A stretch of 56,172 nt of DNA from Tichowtungia sp. (GTDB taxonomy: Bacteria; Verrucomicrobiota; Kiritimatiellia; Kiritimatiellales; Tichowtungiaceae): assembly GCA_041595735.1 (NCBI GenBank), contig JBFHJU010000001.1:1-56172 (forward strand), read 5' to 3'. Position numbers and translations under genes: made by a program. Positions 19,531-29,668 of the stretch are shown here, piece after piece. The notes under the pieces were generated by a model. It made no database searches, was not told the DNA's origin, and saw nothing but the letters and a program-made list of their open reading frames with translations. Numbering within the stretch: the stretch's first letter is position 1; the number at the start of each line of letters is the position of its first letter.

Positions 19531-20991
19531 ATGGAAATTGTTTTCACAACGTTTAATGCTCGATATTCACACACGGCGCTGGCCCTGCGCTGCCTGCGCG
19601 CCAATCTGGGCGCACTGCACGAGCGGTCGGAGATTATTGAATTCGACAACCGCATCTCTCCGCAGGCCGCCGCCGAAAAGCTGCTGGCGCGCGATCCGGA
19701 AATCCTTCTGTTCAGCGTCTACATCTGGAACCGTGTGATCACCTATGAAACCATTCTGATCATCAAGCAGATCCGCCCCGGGCTCAAAATCGTCATTGGC
19801 GGACCGGAAGTCAGCTATGAACAGGAAGAGTCTCTGACTCTCCGGCTGATCGACCATCTCATCTGCGGAGAAGCGGAAAGCATCATCGAATCGTTGTGCG
19901 CAGATCTGCTGGCGGGAACCCCCTGTCCGGGCATCCTCCATGCGCCGGCGACGGACCTGGAAACCGTCGTCCTGCCCTATGACGAATATACCGACGAAGA
20001 TATTGCCCATCGCCGCATTTACGTGGAAACCTCGCGGGGATGCCCGTCGAAATGCCAGTACTGCCTGTCCGCACTGGAAACCGGCATCCGGTTTTTTCCG
20101 GCCGAAAAACTGTACCCGATGTTTGAAAAACTCATCGCGCGGGGTGCACGAATCTTTAAACTGATCGACCGCACGTTTAATGCCGACCCCGTCCATGCCG
20201 CCGAGGTCCTGCGGTTTTTTCTGGACCGCCGCTGCGACGGCATGATGCTGCACCTCGAATGGGAACCGCACCTGCTGCAGGACAACCTGAAAAAACTCCT
20301 CGAAGAGGCCCCGCAGGGGTTCATTCAGCTTGAAACCGGCGTCCAGACCTTCACGCCGGACGTCGCCGCACGCATCGACCGCCGACTCGTGGAAAAAACC
20401 GTCGAAAAAAACATCCACATTCTGAGTTCATTGCCCGCTGTACACCTGCACGCGGACCTGATTGCCGGACTGCCCGGAGAAACCATGCAAAGTCTGGCCG
20501 CCGGTTTCGACCGGCTGCACGCCTGCGGCCCGCAGGAAATTCAGCTCGGGATCCTGAAAAAACTGCACGGCGCGCCGATTGCTCAGCACGATCAGAAATG
20601 GGGCATGGTCTACAACACGGCGCCGCCCTACGACGTGCTTCAAACCGCCACCCTGAGCTTCCCCGAACTGCAGAGCATACGGCGGTTCGCCCGCTTCTGG
20701 GACATCACCGTCAACAACGGCCGCTTTCCGAACAGCGCCCCGCTGATCTGGCAGGATCAGCCGTCCGTTTTCGGAGCCTTCATGCAATGGAGCGACTGGC
20801 TGTACAAACAGACCCATGCCACCGCCGGATTCACCCCCGCACGGCTCGGCCGCCTGCTCTCAGCCTTCCTGACCAAAAAAAGGAAACAGAGCGAAGCGGC
20901 GGTCTCATCAGCCATTGAAAAGGATTTTGCAGCGATTACCGCGAAAACCAAAGGGATGGAGCGGCAAAGCCGCCGCCGCGAACTCAGTTGA
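19531..20991 (+). CDS. B12-binding-domain radical SAM protein
   Basis: FNARYSHTALAL, SVYIWN, GGPEVS, ETSRGCPSKCQYC, HADLIAGLPGE; start at MEIVFTT. Confidence 0.88.
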   Translation: MEIVFTTFNARYSHTALALRCLRANLGALHERSEIIEFDNRISPQAAAEKLLARDPEILLFSVYIWNRVITYETILIIKQIRPGLKIVIGGPEVSYEQEESLTLRLIDHLICGEAESIIESLCADLLAGTPCPGILHAPATDLETVVLPYDEYTDEDIAHRRIYVETSRGCPSKCQYCLSALETGIRFFPAEKLYPMFEKLIARGARIFKLIDRTFNADPVHAAEVLRFFLDRRCDGMMLHLEWEPHLLQDNLKKLLEEAPQGFIQLETGVQTFTPDVAARIDRRLVEKTVEKNIHILSSLPAVHLHADLIAGLPGETMQSLAAGFDRLHACGPQEIQLGILKKLHGAPIAQHDQKWGMVYNTAPPYDVLQTATLSFPELQSIRRFARFWDITVNNGRFPNSAPLIWQDQPSVFGAFMQWSDWLYKQTHATAGFTPARLGRLLSAFLTKKRKQSEAAVSSAIEKDFAAITAKTKGMERQSRRRELS

Positions 20992-21703
20992 GCTCGCCGA
21001 TGCGGCCGATGCCCTTGAGTGTCAGCTTCGGATCAATGACGATGGAATCGTCGAACTCTTCCAGCACCCATTTTGCGAAACCGCCGGTGGCGCAGACCTT
21101 CATATCCCGGCCCAGTTCCTTTTTCAGGCCGCCGAGAATTTCACGGACCATGCCGCGATAGCCCAGTCGCGCGCCGATGCGCATGGCCTCCGCCGTGCTT
21201 TTCCCGACAACCCGGGAGGTTTTCACCGGTTTGATATGCGGAAGCAGCGCGGTTTTATCGGCCAGATAGTCGAACATCAGAGGCAGCCCGGGACAGATAA
21301 TGCCGCCCACATACCCGTCGTCTTTTTTAACAATGTCGAATGTGAGTGCAGTTCCGAAGTCGCAGACCACCACCGGCGCACCGCAGACCGCCGCGGCCTC
21401 GGCGGCATTCGCAAGCCGGTCCGGACCGATATTCTCCGGTTTGGGGTAGCATATGGATACGCCCAGATCGCACTGACAGGTCACCATCAGAATATCCCGC
21501 ACCCCCTGCTCTTTGAGCATTCGTTTCCAGCGGGCGTTCACGCCCGGCTTGACCGATGCGATCACGGCGCGCTCCGGAACCGTCTTCAGATCCAGCACCG
21601 GAGATGCAGAGGGTGTGCGCTGAACGCAGGTTACCCGTCCGTTCCGATAAACCCCCAGCGAGGTGCTGGTGTTCCCGATATCAACGACTAAGAAAGAATT
21701 CAT
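20984..21703 (-). CDS. coaX: Type III pantothenate kinase
   Basis: VDIGNT, IGPDR, CDFGTALTFD, GGIICPG, ATGG. Confidence 0.93.
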   Translation of the reverse strand: MNSFLVVDIGNTSTSLGVYRNGRVTCVQRTPSASPVLDLKTVPERAVIASVKPGVNARWKRMLKEQGVRDILMVTCQCDLGVSICYPKPENIGPDRLANAAEAAAVCGAPVVVCDFGTALTFDIVKKDDGYVGGIICPGLPLMFDYLADKTALLPHIKPVKTSRVVGKSTAEAMRIGARLGYRGMVREILGGLKKELGRDMKVCATGGFAKWVLEEFDDSIVIDPKLTLKGIGRIGELN

Positions 21704-21833
21704 AAATTCTCCTTCAGCGGGAAGTCACAGTTCTGATTTCTAAATCCGAAACAAGTTTCCAGGGTTTGGAAAATTCAAAATTTAAAAATTCAGTCATTGG
21801 TTCGAATTTCGACATCAGGAATTCCTGATTGGG

Positions 21834-22700
21834 TTACACGAAATCAAGGGCAAGGTCGGCGGAGGGGGCGGAATGAGTCAGCGCCCCGACAGAAATGGCG
21901 TTGACGCCGGTTTTGGCAATTTCGCGGATGGTATCGAGGTTGACGCCGCCGGAGGCTTCGGTCTGCGTGATGCCCTCGCAAAGTTTGACGCAGTCGCGCA
22001 GGACGAGCGGCGGCATATTATCGAGCAGGACCCAGTCCGGTTTGGCGGGAAGAACCTCCCTGAGCTGTTCCATGGTATCCACCTCCACCTCCACCAGACG
22101 GTTCGGGAACCGATCGCGCACCGCCTGCACGGCGCCGCAGATTCCGCTGTCGTGATTTTCCGCCCAATAGGCCAGGTGATTATCCTTCAGCATGGCCATG
22201 TCGAACAGGCCCATGCGGTGGTTGGTGCCGCCTCCGCAAAGAACCGAATATTTTTCAAACGCGCGCAGGGTCGGCGTGGTCTTCCGGGTATCGAGCAGTT
22301 TCACGGCGGGGTTGTTGGCTTTCTCGCTGTACTCACGGGTGAGCGTGGCGATTCCGCTCATGCGCTGGATAAAATTGAGCGCGGTGCGTTCGCCCACCAG
22401 AATGCTGCGAGCCGACCCGGAAATGCTCAGAACAATGTCACCGTATTCCATCGCACTGCCATCCGCCATTTTCTCTTCAATTTTCAGCGAAGGATCCACC
22501 TGGCGGAACACCTCGGCGGCCACGGTTGCGCCGGCCAGCACCCCGGTCTGGCGCCCGACCAGATGCGCGACCGCCGGGCGGCCGTCGGGCACCAGCGCAT
22601 CGGAGGTTACATCGACCGGCTCCTCGCCGAGATCCTCGGCCAGCGCCTCACGAATACGTTTGATCACAACGGAATTGGAAATAAGGTTTGGAAGGTTCAT
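21834..22700 (-). CDS. nadC: Nicotinate-nucleotide diphosphorylase (carboxylating)
   Basis: ERTALN, LDTRKTTP, NHRMGL, KDNH, EVEV, LLDN, EASGG, SVGALTHS. Confidence 0.96.
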   Translation of the reverse strand: MNLPNLISNSVVIKRIREALAEDLGEEPVDVTSDALVPDGRPAVAHLVGRQTGVLAGATVAAEVFRQVDPSLKIEEKMADGSAMEYGDIVLSISGSARSILVGERTALNFIQRMSGIATLTREYSEKANNPAVKLLDTRKTTPTLRAFEKYSVLCGGGTNHRMGLFDMAMLKDNHLAYWAENHDSGICGAVQAVRDRFPNRLVEVEVDTMEQLREVLPAKPDWVLLDNMPPLVLRDCVKLCEGITQTEASGGVNLDTIREIAKTGVNAISVGALTHSAPSADLALDFV

Positions 22701-22723
22701 GACAAGATCTCCGAAAGGTTCGT

Positions 22724-23755
22724 TCAGGGATGATCCGGCATCGTTTTACCGGCCCCCATCAACACGCTGATCGGCCTCAGCGCATCGATATTTTCACAGA
22801 CAATTTTGATCGCGGCAGCAATCGGAACCGACAGCAGTGCGCCGACAAGTCCCCACAGCCAGCCCCAGAAGATCAGGGACAGCAGAATCACAACCGGGCT
22901 GAGATTCAGGCTGTCGCCCATCAGCTTCGGCTCGATAAAGCTGCCCATGGTCTGCTGAATCAGCAGCAGCAGAATCAGCACAATGACCGCCGGCCAGAAG
23001 CTGGGATAAAACTGCACCAACGCCACCAGCACCGGCGGGATCGTGGCGATCACGGAGCCGACCGTCGGAATAAAATTAAGCAGAAAGGTAAACACCGCCC
23101 AGGTGACCGGAAAGTCCACGTGCATGATCAGCAGAATAATATACGCCAGCGCGGCGGTCACTGCGCTGATGGCCAGCTTGATGGACAGGTAGCGGCTGAT
23201 CTGACCGGTGATCGAGTCCGTGACCAAAATGATTTTTTCAGCGCGATCCCCGCTGAACGCATGGCAGATCTTCCGGCGGCCGTAGGGTTTTCCGAGCAGC
23301 ATAAAGACCAGAAAGATCAGGATCATCCCCATATTGCTGACCAGATTCACAAAGGACCCGGACAGAACCACCAGCCGCTTCCCGATCTGACCCGTCCAGT
23401 CGAAATCCTGCAGATACCCTTCGGGAAGATGCACCCGGCCGACCAGATCCGTAGAGATCTGGGTCAACTGGGCGGCGTACTCGTCATACTGGCCGATAAA
23501 ACCCATCACGCGGGTCTGCACAAAAATACCGATGAGGTAGAAAAACCCAACCAGAATCAGCAGAACGGCCAGCACAGCCACTCCGATGGGAACCTTGTGG
23601 CGCGCCAGAAAGTTAACCACCGGAGCAAACAAATAGGAAAGAAGCCAGGCAATAATCAGCGGCAGGATAACCACCTGAGCGGCTTTCAAAACAAAGCCGA
23701 CCATCACCAGAGTGATGACGCCGAGAAACGGAATCAGATAGCGATTATCCTGCAT
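22724..23755 (-). CDS. AI-2E family transporter
   Basis: LLNFIPTVGS, IEPKLMG, LNLSP, FWGWLWGLVGALLSVP. Confidence 0.9.
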   Translation of the reverse strand: MQDNRYLIPFLGVITLVMVGFVLKAAQVVILPLIIAWLLSYLFAPVVNFLARHKVPIGVAVLAVLLILVGFFYLIGIFVQTRVMGFIGQYDEYAAQLTQISTDLVGRVHLPEGYLQDFDWTGQIGKRLVVLSGSFVNLVSNMGMILIFLVFMLLGKPYGRRKICHAFSGDRAEKIILVTDSITGQISRYLSIKLAISAVTAALAYIILLIMHVDFPVTWAVFTFLLNFIPTVGSVIATIPPVLVALVQFYPSFWPAVIVLILLLLIQQTMGSFIEPKLMGDSLNLSPVVILLSLIFWGWLWGLVGALLSVPIAAAIKIVCENIDALRPISVLMGAGKTMPDHP

Positions 23756-23801
23756 AGATCACCTTCGGTGAAAATTCAGAGCACAGATTTCCAGGCACGG
23801 C

Positions 23802-24416
23802 TCAGCCGTGCGCGACTTCGTATGCCGAAATATCAGCCTCATACTGAAGCGTCAGAGCGATGTCGTCCAACCCTTCCAAAAGCTTGGTTTTAAGGTCCGC
23901 AGCAATCTCAAACGGATAAACCGCCTCCCCGTCTGCCGCGTGAAAGGTCACTTTCTGCGCAGCCAGATCCACGGTTGCTTTCACGCCCGGCTCTGTTTTC
24001 AGAGTCTGAAAAATCTCGTCGACCTGCGCCTCGGACAGCTCGATGGTAAGCAGTCCGTTCTTGCCGCAGTTATTGCGGAAGATATCGGCGAAAGCGGGCG
24101 TTTCGTCCTGGCGCGGGGCGATAATGGCCTTAAAACCGTACTGAGCCACGGCCCAGACCGCGTGCTCGCGGCTCGATCCGCAGCCAAAGTTCGTGCGGGC
24201 CACCAGAATCTCAGCCTCTTTGGTTTCCGGTTTATTCAGCACAAAATCGGGATTATCCGACCCGTCGTCCTTGTAGCGCCAGTCGGAAAACAGCGCCGCG
24301 CCGAACCCGGTGCGTTTAATCGAACGCAGATGATCTTTCGGGATCAGTGCGTCTGTATCAATATTGGCGCGGTCCACTCCCGCGACGATTCCTGTAAATG
24401 TTTTAAACTTTTCCAT
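23802..24416 (-). CDS. leuD: 3-isopropylmalate dehydratase small subunit
   Basis: [36 protein letters not shown]. Confidence 0.96.
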   Translation of the reverse strand: MEKFKTFTGIVAGVDRANIDTDALIPKDHLRSIKRTGFGAALFSDWRYKDDGSDNPDFVLNKPETKEAEILVARTNFGCGSSREHAVWAVAQYGFKAIIAPRQDETPAFADIFRNNCGKNGLLTIELSEAQVDEIFQTLKTEPGVKATVDLAAQKVTFHAADGEAVYPFEIAADLKTKLLEGLDDIALTLQYEADISAYEVAHG

Positions 24417-24431
24417 AATCTTTCCTTAAAT

Positions 24432-24677
24432 TTATCGCGTTTTATATTCCGCCGAATCTTCAGCCACTTTCAGATGCACAGGGGTCACTTCAAAAACCGT
24501 CGCATATTTCTCTGCCGATTTCACGTCGCCAGCCTGAAGCGCTTCCCGGACATCATCCACACGAAGCGCATCCTCCAGCGAAATATAAGGAGCCCAGTCA
24601 TCGTCTGACGTTTCAAGCCTCAGCTCAATCTCTGCCATGTAGTCCCCCTCATGAATTACTTTTTTAAGAGTCCTCAT
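24432..24677 (-). CDS. Small acidic protein, probable antitoxin partner
   Basis: EGDYMAEIE...WAPYISLEDA...VREALQAGD; ATGA overlap with the upstream small gene. Confidence 0.65.
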   Translation of the reverse strand: MRTLKKVIHEGDYMAEIELRLETSDDDWAPYISLEDALRVDDVREALQAGDVKSAEKYATVFEVTPVHLKVAEDSAEYKTR

Positions 24678-24994
24678 TTATTCCTCCTCTTCAGAAACCC
24701 CGGCTCCCATTGCTCAGGATCTGGCCGATAGGCCGTCACCAAAACCGCGGGATTTTCTTTACCGGCCGGAAATCCCCAAACCACATGAACCGAATCGTTG
24801 TTGCGATCTTTTTGCAACACCAGAACACATGCGCCTTTCCTGTACTCAGGATATTCCTGAATCACAGATACGCCCTCCAGCTTCACGATGTCTTTAACAA
24901 ATATGCCATCGTTCAGCAATTCCTCGTGTCCATGGGCAGAAACACGGACATCCCCGGCTTCAACCAAAGCGCGTATACTGTCAAACAAGCTCAT
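24674..24994 (-). CDS. DUF4258-like protein, putative toxin
   Basis: VSAHG, IQEYP, VHVVWG, LVTAYRPDPEQW pattern. Confidence 0.75.
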   Translation of the reverse strand: MSLFDSIRALVEAGDVRVSAHGHEELLNDGIFVKDIVKLEGVSVIQEYPEYRKGACVLVLQKDRNNDSVHVVWGFPAGKENPAVLVTAYRPDPEQWEPGFLKRRNK

Positions 24995-26394
24995 TAGACA
25001 TCCCGGATGTCAACAAAGTGACCATGCACAGCGGCGGCGGCGGCCATTTTCGGGCTGACCAGATGGGTGCGTCCGCCCTTGCCCTGACGGCCTTCAAAGT
25101 TGCGGTTGGAGGTCGATGCACAGCGCTCTTTATCGCGCAGCTTGTCGGCATTCATCGCCAGACACATGCTGCAGCCCGCATAGCGCCACTCGGCCCCGGC
25201 TTCAACAAAAATGCGGTCGAGGCGCTCTTTTTCGGCGGCATGACGAACCGCTTCGGATCCGGGAACCACCAGCATGCGCACGCCTTCCGCGACTTTTTTA
25301 CCCTTAATATATTCGGCGGCTTCGCGCAGATCTTCGAGGCGGCCGTTGGTGCAGCTGCCGACAAAAACGGTGTCGATATGGATATCGGTCATTTTCATGC
25401 CCGGTTCCAGTCCCATGTAGTCGAGTGCGCCGCGCACATCGGCGGGCGAATATTCAGCTACCGCGTCCAGCGCCGGCACTTCGCCGGTCACATCCACGCC
25501 CATGCCCGGGCTGGTACCCCACGTCACCTGCGGCGCCAGATCCGTCACATCGATTGTGACCTCGTGATCAAAACGGGCGCCCTCATCGGTGTAGAACTGT
25601 TTCCAGTTTTCAACCGCTTCATCAAAAGCCTCGCCCTTCGGGGCGTACACGCGGTTGCCGGAGGAGATGTAGTCGAACGTGATCTGATCGGGAGCGACCA
25701 GCCCGGAACGAGCGCCGGCCTCAATCGCCATGTTGCAGATCGTCAGGCGGCCTTCCATCGAAAGCGTGCGGATCGCTTCGCCGCAGAACTCGAAGGCGCA
25801 GCCGGTGCCGCCGGCGGTGCCGATGATGCTGATCAGTTTCAAAACCATGTCTTTGGCGGTTACCCCCGGCGGCAGCTTGCCGGTGAACTCCACCTTGTAG
25901 TTTTTCGGTTTTTTCTGACGCAGTGTCTGCGTTGCCAGCACATGCTCCACTTCGGAGGTGCCGATCCCGAAGGCGATCGAACCGAACGCGCCGTGCGTGG
26001 CGGTATGCGAATCGCCGCAAACCACCGTCATGCCCGGCAGGACAATTCCCTGCTCGGGGCCGATGATGTGAATCACGCCCTGGCGGTCATCGCCGAGGGG
26101 GAAAAGCGTCACACCGGTCGTCGCCGCATTATCGGTCAGCGCATCGACCTGTGCCTTGGCGATTGGATCCGTGATGTTCATCCGGTTTTCATCGGTCGGC
26201 ACATTGTGGTCCATCGTGGCAAATGTTCGTTCCGGACAGCGCACCTTGCGGTTGGCGAGGCGCAGGCCCTCGAAGGCCTGCGGACTGGTCACCTCGTGCA
26301 CCAGATGGCGGTCAACATACAGCAGCACCTCGCCGTCACCGAGTTCCTTCACGACGTGTGCATCCCAAATCTTGTCAAACAGTGTTTTACTCAT
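24994..26394 (-). CDS. leuC: 3-isopropylmalate dehydratase large subunit
   Basis: [46 protein letters not shown]; start MSKTLFDK at 26394. Confidence 0.97.
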   Translation of the reverse strand: MSKTLFDKIWDAHVVKELGDGEVLLYVDRHLVHEVTSPQAFEGLRLANRKVRCPERTFATMDHNVPTDENRMNITDPIAKAQVDALTDNAATTGVTLFPLGDDRQGVIHIIGPEQGIVLPGMTVVCGDSHTATHGAFGSIAFGIGTSEVEHVLATQTLRQKKPKNYKVEFTGKLPPGVTAKDMVLKLISIIGTAGGTGCAFEFCGEAIRTLSMEGRLTICNMAIEAGARSGLVAPDQITFDYISSGNRVYAPKGEAFDEAVENWKQFYTDEGARFDHEVTIDVTDLAPQVTWGTSPGMGVDVTGEVPALDAVAEYSPADVRGALDYMGLEPGMKMTDIHIDTVFVGSCTNGRLEDLREAAEYIKGKKVAEGVRMLVVPGSEAVRHAAEKERLDRIFVEAGAEWRYAGCSMCLAMNADKLRDKERCASTSNRNFEGRQGKGGRTHLVSPKMAAAAAVHGHFVDIRDV

Positions 26395-26507
26395 AGCGGC
26401 GAACCTTACATTTTTCGGTGTGATCACTTCAAGCTAAAGGGAATCGGGAAATAGACCTGAAATTCAAAGTCCGAAACGCCCCGCTCCTGAAAAACGGAGC
26501 AAGCCAG

Positions 26508-26687
26508 CCGCGAATGAACGCAAATAATCAGCAGCACGGATGCGCATAGTGCGCATAATCAACTCCCAGCCATCCCGCAATGAATGTCATGCAAAACTGT
26601 TCCCATGATTTTGCGGTCCATTATTTTGACAGAATTCCCATCCGCGGGACGACTCACTCCGTCGCGTTAATTTGCGGTCATTCGCAG
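26508..26687. repeat. 18-bp imperfect inverted repeats bounding a 180-bp intergenic segment
   Basis: CCGCGAATGAACGCAAAT (26508-26525) and ATTTGCGGTCATTCGCAG (26670-26687), two mismatches. Confidence 0.65.
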
Positions 26688-26743
26688 TTCAACTTTCTTA
26701 CCCAGTCCCCTATACTCCGCAAAATTTCCGGAGAAACAAACAC

Positions 26744-27982
26744 ATGAACGGCTACCTTATTTTCATTCTCGCCCTGCTCGTTTTCAGCTGGCTGCTGTCG
26801 CTGATCGTCGAAACGCTCAATGTCCGCAACGTCTCGACGGGAATCCCGGAGGAATTCCACGGGATCTATGACGAGGAAAAATATAAAAAATCGCAGTGCT
26901 ACCTGAAAGAAAACACCCGCTTCGGGCAGATTCAGGCCGGCATCATGCTTCCGCTCACCATCGCCTTCATCCTGCTCGGCGGGTTCAGCCGGATCAACAG
27001 CATCGCGCAGGCCGCCTCGGAACACATGATTGTGCAGGGCCTTGTCTTCGGCGCGATCCTCATGCTGATCAGCCAGATCGCCGGCCTGCCCTTCAGCATC
27101 TACAGCACCTTCGTCATCGAAGAAAAATACGGCTTCAACAAAACCACGGCATTAACCTTCGTGATCGACATCCTCAAGGGCTGGCTGCTGGCGGTGCTGC
27201 TCGGCGCGCCCATCTTCGCGCTCATCCTGTGGATTTTCGACGCCGTCAACCTGGCCTGGCTCTGGGCGTGGGGATCGCTCAGCGTGATTCAGCTGTTCAT
27301 TCTCTTCATTGCACCGGTTGCCATCCTGCCGCTGTTCAACAAATTCACCCCGCTCGAAGCCGGCGAACTGCGCTCGAAAATCGAAGAGTTCGCCGCCGCA
27401 CAAAACTACACACTGAGCGGCATCTTCAAAATCGACGGGTCCAAACGCTCGACCAAATCCAATGCCTACTTCACCGGCTTCGGAAAAACCAAGCGCATCG
27501 CCCTGTTCGACACGCTGATCGACAACCACTCCACCGGCGAGCTCGTCGGCGTGCTGGCCCACGAAATCGGACACTGCAAGCGCGGCCATATCAAGAAGAG
27601 CATCGTCATCTCGCTGGCTTCCTCGCTGCTCATGTTCTTCATCCTCTCGCTGTTCATCACCCAGCCGGGACTCTACAAAGCCTTCGGCATCGTCGAAAGC
27701 ACACCGCTTTACGCCGGACTGATCTTCTTCGGCTTCCTCTACGCGCCCATCAGCATGGCTCTCGGGCTGTTCAACAACATCCTCTCCCGCAAACACGAAT
27801 TCGAGGCCGATGCCTTCGCCGCCGAAACCACAAAAGCCCCCGGCGAAATGATTGGTGCACTGAAGAAACTGTCCGTCGACAACCTGAGCAACCTGACGCC
27901 CCACCCGCTCAAAGTGTTCCTCGAATACTCCCACCCGCCCGTGCTGGAGCGGATCAAAGCCTTGCGGAAATTCGAAAACTAG
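26744..27982 (+). CDS. M48 family (Ste24-like) membrane metallopeptidase
   Basis: IEEKYGFNK, SNAYFTG, AHEIGH, EFEAD, YSHPP. Confidence 0.92.
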   Translation: MNGYLIFILALLVFSWLLSLIVETLNVRNVSTGIPEEFHGIYDEEKYKKSQCYLKENTRFGQIQAGIMLPLTIAFILLGGFSRINSIAQAASEHMIVQGLVFGAILMLISQIAGLPFSIYSTFVIEEKYGFNKTTALTFVIDILKGWLLAVLLGAPIFALILWIFDAVNLAWLWAWGSLSVIQLFILFIAPVAILPLFNKFTPLEAGELRSKIEEFAAAQNYTLSGIFKIDGSKRSTKSNAYFTGFGKTKRIALFDTLIDNHSTGELVGVLAHEIGHCKRGHIKKSIVISLASSLLMFFILSLFITQPGLYKAFGIVESTPLYAGLIFFGFLYAPISMALGLFNNILSRKHEFEADAFAAETTKAPGEMIGALKKLSVDNLSNLTPHPLKVFLEYSHPPVLERIKALRKFEN

Positions 27983-28138
27983 CCGTTCCGTCTTTGGCGC
28001 GGAGCGCACCCGTCCGGATCCCCGCGATGCTTCCGGAACGGGCCCGCCTCCGGCTGTTTCCGGCCGCGGTGAATCAAATTAATTCACGGTTGTTTTTTTG
28101 ATGTCAATCGACGGCAGAGGCGGTTAAAACTATTGGCT

Positions 28139-29512
28139 ATGAGAAAAGAAAAAGACTCCCTTGGGGAACTGCCGGTTCCGGACAACGCCCTCTACGGCAT
28201 CCACACCGCACGTTCCATTGCAAATTTTGACTCCGCCGGCGAACCGCTTCCGATCGAACTGATCTTCGGCATGGTAAAACTCAAACAGGCCTGCGCTGCC
28301 GCCAACGCAGAACTCGGGCTGCTGCCGGTCGAAAAAGCCGTCGCCATCGCCGATGCCTGCGGCGACGTGCTCAGCGGAAAATACAACGACCAGTTCCCGA
28401 TCGACATCTTCCAGGCCGGAAGCGGCACGTCCAGCAACATGAATGTCAACGAGGTGCTGGGCAATCTGGCGGGCAAAGAGCTCGGCGGATCACCGGGCGA
28501 CCGCACGGTGCATCCGAACGATGACGTGAACAAAGGGCAATCGACCAACAACATCTTCCCGGCGGCCATCCGCGTGGCATCGGTGGAACTGTGCGGGGCG
28601 CTGCGGCACGCGCTCGAAGAACTTTTCCAGGGATTGGAAAAAAAGGCGGCCGAATTTTCCAAGGTTCGGAAAAGCGGGCGCACGCACCTGCAGGACGCGG
28701 TGCCGATCACGCTGGGGCAGGAATTCGGGGCCTGGGCGCATGCCCTGAAAAAAGCGGACCAGCGGCTCGCGTTCGCCTGCAGCAACCTGCTCGAAATCGG
28801 GGTCGGCGGCAACGCGGTCGGAACCGGCGTCAACACACCGGCGGTTTTCCGTGAAAAAATCATCGCCGCGCTCAACCAGGCGACGGGCCGGGAATACCGC
28901 GTGGCCGCCAACGGCATTGAAGTGACGCAGTTTCTATCCGACATGGGGGCCTTCTCCGGCGAGCTCAAAATGCTGGCGCTCGATCTGAGCAAGATCGTCA
29001 ACGACCTGCGGCTGCTCAGCTCCGGCCCCAACACGTGCATCGGCGAAATCAATCTTCCGGCCGTGGAACCGGGCTCCTCGATTATGCCGGGAAAAATCAA
29101 TCCGAGCATCTGCGAGGCCGCCAACATGGCCTGCATGCAGGTGATCGGCAACGATGCGGCCGTGGCGGCCGCCTGCGCGGCCGGGCAGCTCGAACTCAAC
29201 ACGCACATGCCGCTCACCGGCGCCAACCTCGTCAAATCGCTCAAAATTCTCACAAAAACCTGCGCGGCACTGAACAAAAAATGCATAGCGGGCATCACGG
29301 CCAACGAAGAGGTCTGCCGCAGCAATTTTGAACGCAGCGCGGGACTGCCCACCATCCTCAACCCGGTGCTGGGCTACGATCAGGTGGCCGTGCTCGTCAA
29401 GGAGTCGCTCCGCAGCGGCAAAACGCTGGCCGAACTGGTGCGGGAAAAAGAGCTTCTTTCGGAAAACGCGTTCAATACTCTGCTGGAAAAATCGACCGGC
29501 CCCTCGGATTAA
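28139..29512 (+). CDS. Aspartate ammonia-lyase / class II fumarate hydratase family
   Basis: EKDSLG, GSGTSSNMNVNEV, HPNDDVN, GRTHLQDA, GSSIMPGKINP; aspA versus fumC not resolved by eye. Confidence 0.88.
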   Translation: MRKEKDSLGELPVPDNALYGIHTARSIANFDSAGEPLPIELIFGMVKLKQACAAANAELGLLPVEKAVAIADACGDVLSGKYNDQFPIDIFQAGSGTSSNMNVNEVLGNLAGKELGGSPGDRTVHPNDDVNKGQSTNNIFPAAIRVASVELCGALRHALEELFQGLEKKAAEFSKVRKSGRTHLQDAVPITLGQEFGAWAHALKKADQRLAFACSNLLEIGVGGNAVGTGVNTPAVFREKIIAALNQATGREYRVAANGIEVTQFLSDMGAFSGELKMLALDLSKIVNDLRLLSSGPNTCIGEINLPAVEPGSSIMPGKINPSICEAANMACMQVIGNDAAVAAACAAGQLELNTHMPLTGANLVKSLKILTKTCAALNKKCIAGITANEEVCRSNFERSAGLPTILNPVLGYDQVAVLVKESLRSGKTLAELVREKELLSENAFNTLLEKSTGPSD

Positions 29513-29534
29513 ACCCTGCAAAACGACATCGGCG

Positions 29535-29573
29535 GTGCCGGTTCCCTGCGCGGGGGCCGGCACTTTTTTTTTT
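29535..29573 (+). terminator. Intrinsic terminator
   Basis: GTGCCGGTTCCC-TGCGC-GGGGGCCGGCAC stem followed by a long T-run. Confidence 0.85.
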
Positions 29574-29668
29574 GAAAAATGACCGACGGCCGGAGCAGAG
29601 CACAATTCCCCGCCTCTCTTCACCCGTAAAGATTTTGACTTTAAGGCACCGGACCGTAGACTCGCGTC

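Noticed and set aside
26400-26620. Leucine attenuator leader upstream of leuC
   Set aside because: The short minus-strand ORFs lack a Leu-codon run with a start codon, and no clear terminator/antiterminator pair is visible.
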